Below are positions 51,457 through 64,000 of a stretch of DNA of 64,000 bases, piece by piece. The notes below the pieces were generated by a model. It had not been told where the DNA came from. It did not search any database and saw only the letters and a program-made list of their open reading frames with translations. Positions within the stretch are counted from its first letter, which is position 1, and each line of letters begins with the position of its first letter. The position numbers were made by a program, and so were the translations under genes. This DNA is from Eledone cirrhosa (Eukaryota). Location of the stretch: the NCBI GenBank assembly GCA_964016885.1, contig OZ024745.1, positions 55,428,001 through 55,492,000 of the forward strand, read 5' to 3'.

Positions 51457-52089
51457 GTAATCTGAGTTTTTCGAATATTAATAATTGTTTCTACTTTTGG
51501 CACAAGGCCAGCAATTTCCCAGTACATTACTGGTACTTTATTTTATCGACCCCGCAAGGATGAAATGCAAAGTTAACCTCGGCGGGATTTGAACTCAGAT
51601 CATAAAGGGAGGTAACTATGCGTCAAAGCATGGAGTCCGACCCTCTACCGATACTGCCAAATCACCTTCGATTCGTTTGCAATTTTGCAAGCAAGCCTCA
51701 ATTTTATAGCCATGTCAATAGAATGAACATTTCATTATTGCTCTTGTGTTGGCATGCGAACAAAACTGCAGACATTAATGTTTCTGGGTGTTCACCCTTC
51801 ATCAGTACAGCTCACTGTTCACCTGCCAAACTGTCAGAGCTAGTGAAAATATATGTTATTTTCAAAAATACACGGTGACTGATCGGCCTGATTTGCATAT
51901 AAGCAGACTGGTTGATCAGGCAGATCTGCATATTAGCAGATCCACTTATACACTTATCCACTGATCTGTTCGCATGCCGACACAAGAGCAAGAATGAAGT
52001 GTTCATTCAACTGACGTGGCTATAAAATTGATGATTGTTTGCAAAATTGCAAACGAATCGAATGTTATTAATATTCGAAAAACTCAGAT

Positions 52090-52092
<3 letters not shown>
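51457..52092. mobile_element. MITE / fold-back element with ~125-bp terminal inverted repeats, left arm interrupted by a SINE
   Basis: 51457-51484 plus 51668-51764 is the reverse complement of ~51967-52092; no coding capacity. Confidence 0.8.
51484..51667 (-). mobile_element. tRNA-derived SINE nested in the MITE arm
   Basis: Full head, core and tail. Confidence 0.9.
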
Positions 52093-52164
<72 letters not shown>

Positions 52165-52165
<1 letters not shown>

Positions 52166-52480
52166 CCTCCTGTTGGAGCAACCTTCATTGGTTGATCACT
52201 ACCGCTTCCTATATCTGGCCATGTGGGACTAAGCTATCAAGTCAGATCACCGAGGTATTTGGCATTTGTCTGCCCTCAGGTTCTTCTCCACCGTCTTTAT
52301 ATATACACTGACACACGCACAGTCCAGTTGTTCTCACTGAAATGGAAGACGTGGTCATTTTTTCTATGTTTATCCTTCTTGGTGTGATGCTCTAGATTAT
52401 GTCCTTCTCGCAAGTCTGCTGTTGTATCCAGCTGCTGCACATCCTGTCATGTAAGGTGATGCCGACCTTGATCCATTTCA
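52165..52480 (-). mobile_element. Possible very old RTE 3'-end remnant
   Basis: Weak hand-translated resemblance (ENNWTVRV..RRWRR..PTWP) to RTE C-termini. Confidence 0.3.
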
Positions 52481-54702
52481 TTTTACCTTTGTTCAATGCA
52501 AACCATATATTTCCAGTAAAGAACATTGTTACAATATTTTACTTCGTACTTCATATTTGAAGAATATAGAATGCAGTTTCTTTTGGTTAATGGAGATCAT
52601 CATTTTCGATGGCGAATGAGAAATTAATCACAATGAGTTAAATTCACTTTCTTCTATCTACTTCCTGGATTAGGTATACTTTGTTTGTCATGTGTAGTAT
52701 ATATTGAAAAACTTAGTTGAGAAATGTCAAATTAAAACCACAAAATGCAACAAAAAACTCAGACACGATGACATTGAATATCATGCTATGCAATTGATAA
52801 TTTATTTTTATGCAAGTGTGATTTAGTAGTTTTCTAGTTTTTGTTTTCTTCCCTGTCCGTTATTTATATTGTATTTGATAAGGTTAGGTGTGGACGCTAT
52901 CCCGGCAGATTTCCTTTAAAGTGGATTTGTCTTTATCTCTCTAAACTCTGGTTATTTTGAATTGTTCAACTGTCAAAATATTATGAATAATGTTGGTAAA
53001 GATATGCATAGATGTAATTTGTAAGGGTTATATTGTGTTAGTGTCGCATTGAGATTGCATAATGTGGTTAGTCTATGATCGGTACATAATTTTAGAGATA
53101 ATGTTCATGGCCTATTGTATTGAGGTTTCCACTGAGCTGTGTATGACATTGCTTGATTATGTAATTTCGGTTGCCATTGTAGAAAACTTTACATAATGGG
53201 AACTAATTTTTTTGATAACTTTACATTTATTATGTATGCAGTATTCTATAGGAAATATTTTAGCATTGTGGATAGTTAAGTGTTGCGTAAAGGGTTGGAT
53301 CTCTGTATTTGATGGATTGTGTATCTCATAAGGGAAGTCAACAGAGTGGACTATTGGATTTCTATTGTCGGCTTCATGTGTACGCATTTCCTTTGCCGTT
53401 TATAACAAATGTCCTTATTACAGAAGGTATAATTATTCGTGTCGCGTTGTGTGATATCCATGTATTCCTTACATCTGGGTTAGTCTAAAAAAAGATTTTA
53501 GCATGGTGGTTTGTGTTATTATACAATCATGCCAGGTTGTCTGTGTTTTTTCTTGTTTGTCGTTGTCATTGTATTACGGTTGCTTTTATTTATGTGTAGT
53601 ACATACTGCTTGATGTATATTTGAAACACCGTGTGTTTGTACGTGACATATAACCACTAAATATCGATATGGATATCTAATGATTAGTTCTGTGTGCGTG
53701 TGCAAGTGTAGGTGTTTGTGCGTGGGTGCATGTGTTTGTGCACACGTGGGTGTGTGTGTCTCATAAAACTAACAATTGTCTTACACCCAGGATCATGTAT
53801 TTTCGTTGACGTGTGTATTAAATACCCTGTGTCTAATGTATTTAACTTATCCGATTACGTGCTGTTCATGTGGGATGGTCCCTTCAGAGTAGATGCTTCC
53901 CGGAAGGTTTAAGACCTTAGATATACATTAATTTTATTAAAAGTAATGTATATCTAAGATGGCCAATTAGGAAAATGGGGAGGGTAATCAAAGTGTTGAA
54001 AAACCACAAACACGCACAGTAGACATTGAAAATAAGTATTTGTGTGCTGGAATTTTGTCCTGATGAACCATATCGACTTTCAACAGATTTAGACAGCCTG
54101 TTTCTCGATAGCTTTTTGTAAACGCCTCAGCAATCTGGCATACTACTCATCAGTGACTGGCGACCGTTTAGAAGGTATTCAATAACACAATTACCTTCTA
54201 AAATGCAGAGGGAATCACCCTTCCTGCAAGGGAAAAAAAACTTGGTCTATTTGAAGCATATAAGGAGGAGTGTTTCCACTGCATCGATTATGTGTTTGTC
54301 TCTGTTTCAAATGACGTCGCTACTAGTTGGATCTGAGGCCTTCTTTGAATAGTCAAACAGTTTACCCAGAAGGAGACAATGCATGTATTAATAAACATGT
54401 AGAAATTAAAACATTCAAAATCTCACAGCTCTAGTCTCAATTCTTCATAGTCCGCCGATAAATTTTCTCACCACGGCCTGTAGTTTAAAACGAATTGAAA
54501 TATATATCTACATATACATTTTCCAATTGAAACTCAATCGTAAATAAACATGCCTTCGCGTAGGTACATACTTACACACAAACACATTCATACACACACA
54601 CTCCAATATATATATATATATTAGTATATAGTAATAATAATAAATTTGAAGTCTAAATTCTTTGCTTAAACTTTAATCTGTTATTTTAATAAATATATAT
54701 TA

Positions 54703-54760
<58 letters not shown>

Positions 54761-56100
54761 GCAGGGAGAGGGAGAAGGAGTGTCGGAGAGAGGGAAGGAG
54801 AGACAGATCATAATATATACCCAGATAATCTTCCATATACAAATGAAATGCTCACTGCTTCACAAAGCCCTACTATTCATTAATTACTACGCCAAGCATC
54901 TATCTTTAAACTAAATAGTGTTAAAGGGACAAATTTTTTCTTTTCCCTGGCTGCCTTTCAATGTGAGGTGGGTTTTAAGCAATGTTCGTTACCGCCAAGC
55001 CTTTTCCCGATAAAACTTTTGTGTTGGTTCTATTCTAATCATTTGCAAATGTTTATGTACATATCGATTTGAGATAATTTCTACAACAATATTTTATTCT
55101 TGAATAGGCAGCATTAACATAATATTGAAGTTTCTCAGAAATTAAAATATAGTAGGATATATACAATACCTTATTCTCGACATATTTACATCGAAGACCC
55201 TACAATGACAACTAAACTACTGATGCATTGCATAAAGTAATAAAGGATAACTATAGTGGCTTGCCAGTAAGTTTGAATTGCAAATAGAGTCCTATAAATT
55301 TACAAATCAGTCTTCTAGGCATTAGATTATTCAATAAATTCCCTAACTGTTAATGCAGAAATATATATAGAGGAAAGTGTTTCCTCACATGGCATTGATA
55401 TGTTATTCAATAAATATTTCGCTTCCACGTTTGTTTTCAAAGATGAATAGCGGAACATGTTTTGGGAATTTTCCAGCATATGAGATTTATTTATTTTTAT
55501 TTTATTGCTTCTTTACTCTAAATACCGTAGTGAACTGTATATATAATAACAAAATACCAGGATTAAATCTACAACCATTTATAATGAAACTTAGGTGTTT
55601 CTTTTCACTGCTTCCCATGGGATTGACATTGTGTTAAATTGTTTTTATTTATTTCAAACGACTGGTGAATATGACATGCAATATGAGATTGTTGCTTACC
55701 ACGACACGATGGTTTTATTTTATGATGGAGAATAATATCATGTAAGTTATACTTGGCAGTTTTAGTTCTAATAATGCTGCAATTTAATATCATTCCTGTT
55801 ATTTGGAAATCTGTTTTGAAATATTTGAGAAATTGCCAATTTTTATTCGTAATATTTCGTGAGATTCCCCTGGGAATACATGTCCAAGTATCCTCATATT
55901 TTTTCTTCAGTGCTTTGCATATAATAAGTAAAATAAAATATGCTCGTATCAAGTGAAGCAGAATATATTCATATTTGTGGTAGCAATATATTTATATTTA
56001 TAGTTTGTAAAAAAAATGCATTTAGTAAAGATTGGATTTTTGTCATAAAACATGGGCATCGTGATTTCTACATGTAATTATGCACAAACATGAATTTGAA

Positions 56101-56194
<94 letters not shown>

Positions 56195-56861
56195 GCCAGT
56201 GTACCAGTGGACACACACAACCTAAATTGCGCATATATCTATTTGCATATATATATATATATTTATAGAAATGATAGAAAAAGGATATACAGTTTGCTTA
56301 TATATATATATATATATAAACATATATGATTAAACCTAAGTCAGTGTCAGCCAGAAGCTTTTGTTCTACGATTAACTCAGGTTCCTGTTCATTAAATTAC
56401 AGTCTAAGCGGTTACTTATAGCGAAGGCACGTATACAATTAACAACATTTCCGGAAATAATCACTGCAAGATATATCAATTTTGGATAGTTGAAAGATGT
56501 GTAGAATTGTTCAGAAATGCTTCCAAATATTCGTCTTGGGTCAAGCCGATTTGATGCTACACGCAACTTGCTAGATATCATAACCCGCATTGATACCAGC
56601 TGAAATCTCATTATTAGGTAACATTCTTAATATAATTGCCATAATTACATCTCCTATGGCAAACCTATCTTCAACCATACAAACATATATGGTGTTGATG
56701 TTTGCAATGGTTTCTGGATTAACAGTAGTGTTAATTTGCTCGACATTTCCAATCGCGCTCACTTGACAGGTGACACATTGGGTGAGGGCTTATTCTGTCC
56801 ATGTTTTCTCAGACAAAGAATTTTTAAAAAAGATGTATATAAAGTTCAAATATAATGATAA

Positions 56862-57050
56862 TGATTTCTACTATAGGCAGAAGGCCGGCATTTTGGGGAA
56901 GGGAAATGTCGATTAAATAGACCCCAGTGCGTTAATGGTACTTTATGTTATCGTTCCCCTTAGGATGAAAGAGAAAGCTAACCTCGGTGGAATTTGACCT
57001 CAATGCTACAAAGCAGGTTGTCTGACATTCTACCGTTACTGCCAATCCAA
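56862..57050 (-). mobile_element. Diverged tRNA-derived SINE (older subfamily)
   Basis: GGATTGGCAGTAACGGTAGA head, TTTCATCCTAAGGGG..ATAAAGTACC core, GTAGAAATCATTAT tail. Confidence 0.8.
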
Positions 57051-57064
57051 CGTCCTTATAATAA

Positions 57065-57098
<34 letters not shown>

Positions 57099-57235
57099 GA
57101 TTTCTTTATTAACCACAAGGGTTTACATAAAGTAGACATTAAGGACAGTGCAGGACAATGCAGGACGGTACAAATGGGCATTTCTGCGTGTAAAAAAACA
57201 AAAACAGAGGATGTAACAAAAATAACAATGAAAAT
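57099..57235 (-). mobile_element. Extra ~135-bp copy of the Tx1 3'UTR terminus
   Basis: Duplicates ~57248-57378, separated from it by AATAATAGTAATAAT. Confidence 0.85.
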
Positions 57236-57247
57236 AATAGTAATAAT

Positions 57248-60200
57248 GCTTTCTTTATTAACCACAAGGGTTTATATAAAGTAGACATTAAGGACAGTAC
57301 AGGACAATAAAGGACGGTACAAATGGGCATTTCTGAGTGTAAAAAAACAGAGGATGTAATAAAAAATAACAATGAAAAATTCCCCAATAGGGAGGAGACT
57401 TCCGAGAGACATTTGTGGATAAAGCCCATTAAAAGGCCACAATGACCCTGACCACCAGGGCAAGTGCCCTCTCCCAATTTTCCACCTTTAATTTACAGAC
57501 ACATACTCAGAGTAGGCCCATTTACTTGCTTCTCTCACCCATCTTTCAACAAAATGCTGGGAAGAGTGCACTTCCCTCTCTACCCTGATTTTCCTTTTCA
57601 AATGAAATTTGAAAAGGTTAATCAGGGCATCACCGAAGAGGTAAGTGCTCGTCTTCAGCCCTTTCAAACGTGTCCACCATACTATCTCTTTCGCCATGGC
57701 CAGCAGACAGATAAAAACAGTCTGCCCTTCCCGGCTAAAGGAAGAGGGCGGGGCAAACCTCACGATGGACTCAGCTGATAGTTGGATCCGTCCTACACGT
57801 GACAGCAGGTGTTCGACATAAACCAACGAGAGTGCAATGCTCGGACACTGAACGAGTGAGTGCAGGACGGTTTCGTCGCCCTGCGCGCATCTCGGACATG
57901 CCCGGCTGACGGCACCTCCATGCCTGTAGAGTTTATCCCGAACTGGCAAGAGCTCCTCGGTAGCACTGCCAGGCCAGGTATTTCTGGAAGTTGTCTATAG
58001 GCCCCGGCCCGAAAGTCCTTCCGAAGAGATTGGCTAGTTGATTTTCGTCGACGCCTAGAATTTCTCCAAGTACGTCGTCGCCCTTCCCCTCCACTAATCC
58101 TCTATAGAACGCCAAGGTGGAGTTTCCACCGATCACATTGCCCAATTGGTCGAGGGCTGTGAGCGCCTGAAGACATTCCAGTCTCCAAGCTGTCTTCGCT
58201 TGACCCAGGACTGCAGTTCCGTCAAGGAGACGAGCTAGGGAAAGACGTGTCTAGCAAACGGCGACCACACCTGAACACCGTCGAGGAAGAGGTGAAGATG
58301 TTGTAGCCTGAGCACGTGTCTGCGCATCATCAGCCACGGCATTCCCAGCCCTCCACGTATCGGGTGTTGACAGAAGATGGACCGCCTGACCATCGGAGCG
58401 CGTCCCTTCCACAACAAGCGAAAGAGCAAACTTTCCAGCGCAGTCAGGCGGGGCTTAGGACAATGAAGGGTCGGTCAGGCGGTAGTAGATGATGGACGCG
58501 ATGTACGCGTTAGCCACCTCCGCTCGACCTTTCAGGTATAGCTTCCTCTCAGCCCATTTCTGGGTGAGAGAAGCCACCCTGCTCGTCACCTCGTCCCAGT
58601 TTTTTTTCCGTCTAGAGGTCCGGACCGAACCAGACGCCTAGCAATTTAACCGGTCCGTCCGTCCAGCGCCCGACGACGCTGTTGGACGGCATGGACCTGC
58701 CTCTCCAGGTGCCGAGCTGCAGGCCCACTTACCTTTCCTGGTTGATCATTGCTCCTGTCACCGCTTCGTTATCTCTTAGTGTAGTGCCGATCGCCTCGAT
58801 GTGTTTGGCGTTCGACACCACTACGGTGACATCGTCCTCATATGCAGACAGGATCTTCCGCATCCTAGTTCGCGCGGGTCCCCACCTCAACATCTGGAGT
58901 TTGTGCAGTAATGGATCGAGAGTCAATACGTACAAGAGGGACGAGAGGGGACATCCTTGGCGGACCGAGCGCATGATGTTGAGCGGTTCCGAAAGGTGAC
59001 CGTTCACTCTCACCACAGAGTAGATGTCGCTGTGCATGGCAGCGATCCAGCCTCTGAAGACGGGCCCAAAGCCAGCCGCCCTCAGGACTGCCGCTAGGTA
59101 ACGATGGTCGACCCTAAAGAAAGCTTTCGACTGATCTAAATTGATCAAGGACCCACCCGTGCCAGGTTTCCTAGCTACCCTCTTTACTATGTATCGCATG
59201 GGGTGGAGGCTGTCGTGGATGGATCTGTCACGAATGGCGCATGTCTGCGCCTCTCCCACCAGACCATCAACGACAAGCGCCAACCTCTTTGCTAGCACCT
59301 TGTCCAAAATCTTGAACTCTGTGTTTAGCAGAGTTATGGGCCTGAAATTATCTATGTTATCTCCCTTGTTCGGATCCTTTCTCAGCAGTGCCACCGCTCC
59401 TCAGCTCACAGAGCTGGGAATTCTCCCGTTCTATTGCCAGTTGCAGTAGACGTCCGCCAAGAGGCCTCCGAACAAGTCTGGCATCTGTACGTAAAGATCA
59501 TAGGGTAGACCGTCCAAACCAGGCGATTTACCCCTTGTGCAGCCAGTCATTGCCTCCCGTACTTCAGCGGCTGTTATCGGCTTTTCGCAACACTCCGCCT
59601 CAGTGACCGAGAACCGCGGCAGTCCGTCGAGGTAGACACTAGAGTCCATCCCTTGACCCGGCCCACCTCTGCCCCCGAACAGCTGAGCGAAGTGTCGCTG
59701 AAAAAGTCACACATTTGCCCGGGATCGAGTAGCATGCGCCGGTCGTGGTCAACCAAAGACCGGATCGTGATCTTTGTTGTCACGACGCGCCTCCGCTACT
59801 CGGGCCCATTGAACGGCTTTCGTCCCCTCGTGTCTGAGAGCACGCACCCTAGCTCTGACAACGCAGCCTTCGTGCTTTGCATTGAAGAATCGGTCAAGGG
59901 CCAATTTCGCCGCAAGTACGTCGGTCGCGATGCCTTTGCTAAGCGCCTCGTCTAATTTTCTAACTAATTCTCCCTCTGCTCTATTTTTCTCTATTGCTAA
60001 AGCCTTACTAGACCTAATGGACTCTATTCTAATCGCTATTTTCAGAGCAAACCCCCACTTGTTGTTGACGATGGACTCCGTCAACGCCCGCTTAACTAGA
60101 TCGCTAATCCGGTCACTGTAGGCCTTGCGCGTGGTAAGGACGCGTTTAGCTTCAAGTAGCCGGGTTCTCGTCTATGAAGCCTATCTAAGTCAAGCACACA

Positions 60201-63200
60201 GATCACGAATTTGTGGTCCGTGTACGTGACTATCTTGAATTGTGGACAGCCTATGCTAGACCTATCTATTTCCCTACAGAATACACTAGATATGATGTGG
60301 ATGACCCTATACGATTTGTCCAAGTCCACATTGGCACATTCGGGAAATCCAATCGGTATCTGTCAGACAGTTCAAAACGCCTGAGCAGGTTGGTGAGGCT
60401 CTTGCACCCTCCGCCCCTATCCGCTAATCCCACAGAGTCCCAGCGTGCATCTAAGATCCCGTTCCAGTCGCCCACTAACCCTAAAGAGCGGGACGTTCCA
60501 AGAAAGGTCTCCAGACGCCGGTAGAAATCAGGCCGCCCTGCTCCTGTCGGGGCATAGACGGCCACTAGCCTGAAAGCTTGCCCGTCTCCGCTGGTCACGT
60601 CCAGCACCACCAACTTACCTTATGGTTCCAGGAAGATGGCCCGTATGGCGAGATCCAAACCTCTCCAAAAAAGCACAGCAACTCCTCACCCCCGATCCAG
60701 TTCGGGTTGGAGATGCGTACACATCGGAGCCGCCGAAGATCGGTGCGAAGGCCCGTGCTTCGGAGATTCTGGTCTCGCTGATGGCCACTACATCTATGTT
60801 TAGTGACCTGAGGTCGTTGAGCAGTTGGCCCTGCTTCCATGACGACCGCAAGCCACGCGCATTTATACTGCCTATTCTGAGTGAGGTCATGTTGAAATGG
60901 AGTGGAAAAGAGGGGAAATACCACTCACCGTACTTTTCGTAGAGGAAGGATGGTTTCTCCATCCTTTTTCACTTGATCGTCTGGTGAAGGGACTGTTGAA
61001 TCGTTCCTTCGTCTGGTCGTCGGCTCTTCTATGAGTATGTCCGAATATAATCTCCGGTTGAGAGTTACTCCTAGCTCTCTGAAATCATCAACTGCGTTGG
61101 GGAATTTCGTTTTAATGTTTGTGTATTGTTTCTGTGCTATTCTTACCAGTCTTATGTTCGTTGGTGTTTTGATTGGTGCTGCTATTATGTAGTCGTGCTG
61201 TGAAATGTCTGTGTGTTCAATTATGTGAGTCATTAGTTTCTTGTTGTGTGTATTTATTGCCGTGCATTTGTTTTAATCGGGGTGCGGTGTGGTTCTGCTA
61301 TTTTCTTATCGTTGTTGCTGGGTGTGTATGTTTTTTTGTTGTGTTTGCGATGTTGGTGCTTGTGGTGGTGATGTTGAAGGTGTTGTTGTTGTTGGCGGTG
61401 GGGTTGTCGCTGGTGGCGATGGTGGTGCTAGTGTCGGTGGTGATGGTGTTGGTGGTGTTGCTGCTGTGAGTTTATTTGCAGTAGCCTTTACTCTTTTTTC
61501 ATTTCTTTACTCCCTTTTCGAAGGCGACGAAGCGCTGATTCTGCGTTTGTGCCTTCTTGCGACCTTTTGCCATCCCTCTCCCAGCTCACACTCCATGTCT
61601 GATTGTGTGAGGTCGGGAAGGGGTACCAGCTCCACTCTTTCACTTGTTGTTGGTAATGTTTGCAGTGGAGTCTCTATTGCAGCTGCAGTTGGTATTACTG
61701 TTGTTGTTGTTAATACTTCCACTGCTGCTGCTGTTCTTGATTTTCGTGGCGTGGGTATGGGTGCCACAGACCTATCGTTCCTGGTTGCCGCTTGTCCTGT
61801 TTCTGGTATCAGTGGAGCCGGTTTCGGAAGGAGGGGGGTTTTCTCCTTTCTCAGGCTCTTCTCGTTGCAGAAGGCCCTGAGGTGAGTCTTCGATCCACAG
61901 CGAAAGCATTTCGGGCGTTTGTCCTCAACACTTATGGGCAGTTGAGTGCCGTTATCGAAGTCTATCACATCCGAGATAGCTTCGATACACTCCTGGCTGG
62001 TTTGGATTAACATCTCAATGGAGGTGCCGACCCAATCTACTCTTACCTTTTTCTGTACTTGCAGTACAGTTGTTTTGTCCTCGATTCCGACGAGGACAGA
62101 CGCGACCAGCCAAGAAGGGGCCATCCCGGGGGGGGGGGGGGTGACGTGGGTCAGTTTGACCTTCACAATTTTTGGCCCGCAGTAGGAGGGAACCAACACT
62201 ATTTCCTCGTTCCTTAGGTTCACTAAGGATTGAGCCTTTGCCTGCAGGGGTGTGGCAAAAAGCACGTCTACGGTGGCATATTTCTTGCCTCGGGTGATAT
62301 GCGTTTTCCGCTGCCACACAGATCCTAAGGCTTTTTGTATTTGAGCCTCTGTGGCTCTTTCAACCCTACGGGATTTTGTGCTTACTGTACGGTACGTGAC
62401 CGTACAGTGCTGTTGGGTTTCGAAAAAATGTTCGGCTGCCTTGCAGATTGCTCGGTGTCCGATTTTCGTCACCATCTTCTTTGCTTCCTGTAATTCCTAA
62501 TTTGTTATGAGGTTGGTTTCCAGGTTCTTTGCGATACCTGCAAACGAGATTAGTTTTTCTTTGCTGCTGTTATTGCTGTTGTTGTTGTCGTCAGAGCTGC
62601 TGTTACTTGTGTTGTTGCTGAAGGTACTACGACTACTGCCACCGCCGCTGTTGCTGTGGTTGTTGTTGTTGTTGCTGCTGCTGCTGTTGTTGTTGATGTT
62701 GCTGCTAATGATGTTGTTGTTTATGCTGTTGCTGATGCTGTTGCGGCTGCTACTGTTGTTTTCCTTGTCACTGTTGCTGCTGCTGCTGTTATTACGGCTG
62801 CTACTGCTATTATTCCTGACGTCAGACGAATGAAATGGGTTTTCGTATTTCCCGCACACCTTTTTCGTCGTTGTCGTCGTCGTCGTGGAAAAATCTTGCA
62901 CGCTTTGCACGTGATTTTTCTTTTCTGGTGTCGCTTGCGAAAGAGAAGGGAGGGAGAGAGACACATTTAGAGAAGGGAGGGAGAGAGACACATTTAGAGA
63001 AGGGAGGAGAGAGACAATCTTCTCTCTGCTGTAGTGACGATTGAGGAAGAAGAAGACGGAATGAGTGGGAGTGACCTATGAAAATTCTTTTTCGTAGCCA
63101 TGTTTTTTTTTTTGTTTAAAATAAATATTGGGCACAAAACTCCAATAAGCGGTTATTTAACTTCGAAGGGCCAAATAACGGGTAGAAAGACCCCTCCCAC

Positions 63201-63317
63201 GAGGAGGAGGGTGTTTTTGTCTACAATTTGGTTAAAGTTTTAAACAATTTGCAATTGTTATAGCGGTCAAAATTTACAATACCTTACACAGCCGAGCCTC
63301 CGTCAACCATAGCATTC
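57248..63317 (-). mobile_element. Full-length Tx1-clade LINE copy 4, frameshifted
   Basis: ORF1 pieces 60925..63101 (CFRCGSKTHLRAFC knuckle; 27-bp tandem repeat at ~62944-63016). ORF2 pieces 57488..60890 (GDWN, FRPITLLN, RQGCPLS, YEDD). (AAT)n flanks. Confidence 0.94.
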
Positions 63318-63363
63318 AATAATAATAATAATAATGATGATGATGTTCATGGGAATGGGGATG

Positions 63364-63424
63364 AGAAGAAGAAGAAGAAGAAGAAGAAGAAGAAGAAGAA
63401 GAAGAAGAAGAAGAAGAAGAAGAA
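63364..63424. repeat. (AAG)n microsatellite
   Basis: Direct reading. Confidence 0.95.
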
Positions 63425-63864
63425 TACATAGTATGTTTTTTCTATAATTATTAATATTGTTATTCATATTTTTGTAAACGAAAAAGAATGAAAATTAATT
63501 TTGATAATAGTTATGGTATTGTACGCAATAGAATGGTAGGGATACATGTTATATTATTTCAGTAATGGATGATGCGCTTAAAACAGCAGTAGATTTTTGG
63601 CATTAATTAAATTAGTTTCAAGGAAACACGAAGGAACTCATTCAATGACATGAGCACATAAGTAAAATAGTTTACCGCTTACGGTTTCTGATAAACGAGT
63701 ATAAATATGGAGCGTATTTAATGTTTGAATATTAAGAAAGAAAAATAATTTTTTAAATTCACTCGGGATGCACTCAGGTAAAGGTTGACAAATAATAACC
63801 TGTGTATATATGTTTGTGCGCGTGCACACACACGCACGCATACATACATACATAGACACACACA

Positions 63865-63932
<68 letters not shown>

Positions 63933-64000
63933 TATATAAAAATATATATATACATATATATACATATATAAAAAGAATATGTGCGTATATCTATGAATCT

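Noticed and set aside
54088-54158. Minus-strand CTGATGA...GAAACAGGCTGTC hammerhead-like string
   Set aside because: Stems I and II do not pair convincingly and there is no second copy; at best a relic.

Overview
AT-rich, microsatellite-dense animal genomic DNA with no convincing host gene. The SINE family present suggests a coleoid cephalopod, probably an octopod (inference from recalled sequence, not a search). The window holds four co-oriented L1/Tx1-clade LINEs (one nearly intact) and about 11 copies of a tRNA-headed SINE, mostly at (ATT)n tracts. The SINE 3' end resembles the Tx1 3' end. Also present are a 5'-truncated R4/Dong-type LINE in (TAA)n, a decayed Penelope-like (RT + GIY-YIG) element, RTE remnants and a MITE. 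The most striking signal lies between 18.8 and 50.7 kb: about 16 type-I hammerhead ribozyme motifs plus half and degenerate copies, from at least five unrelated short non-coding repeat families, mostly within or beside (TA)n tracts and often in fold-back pairs. One family is a 591-nt circularly permuted unit with a U3-A8 variant core and looks like a retrozyme-type circular-RNA element. All structures were folded by eye and element boundaries are approximate.
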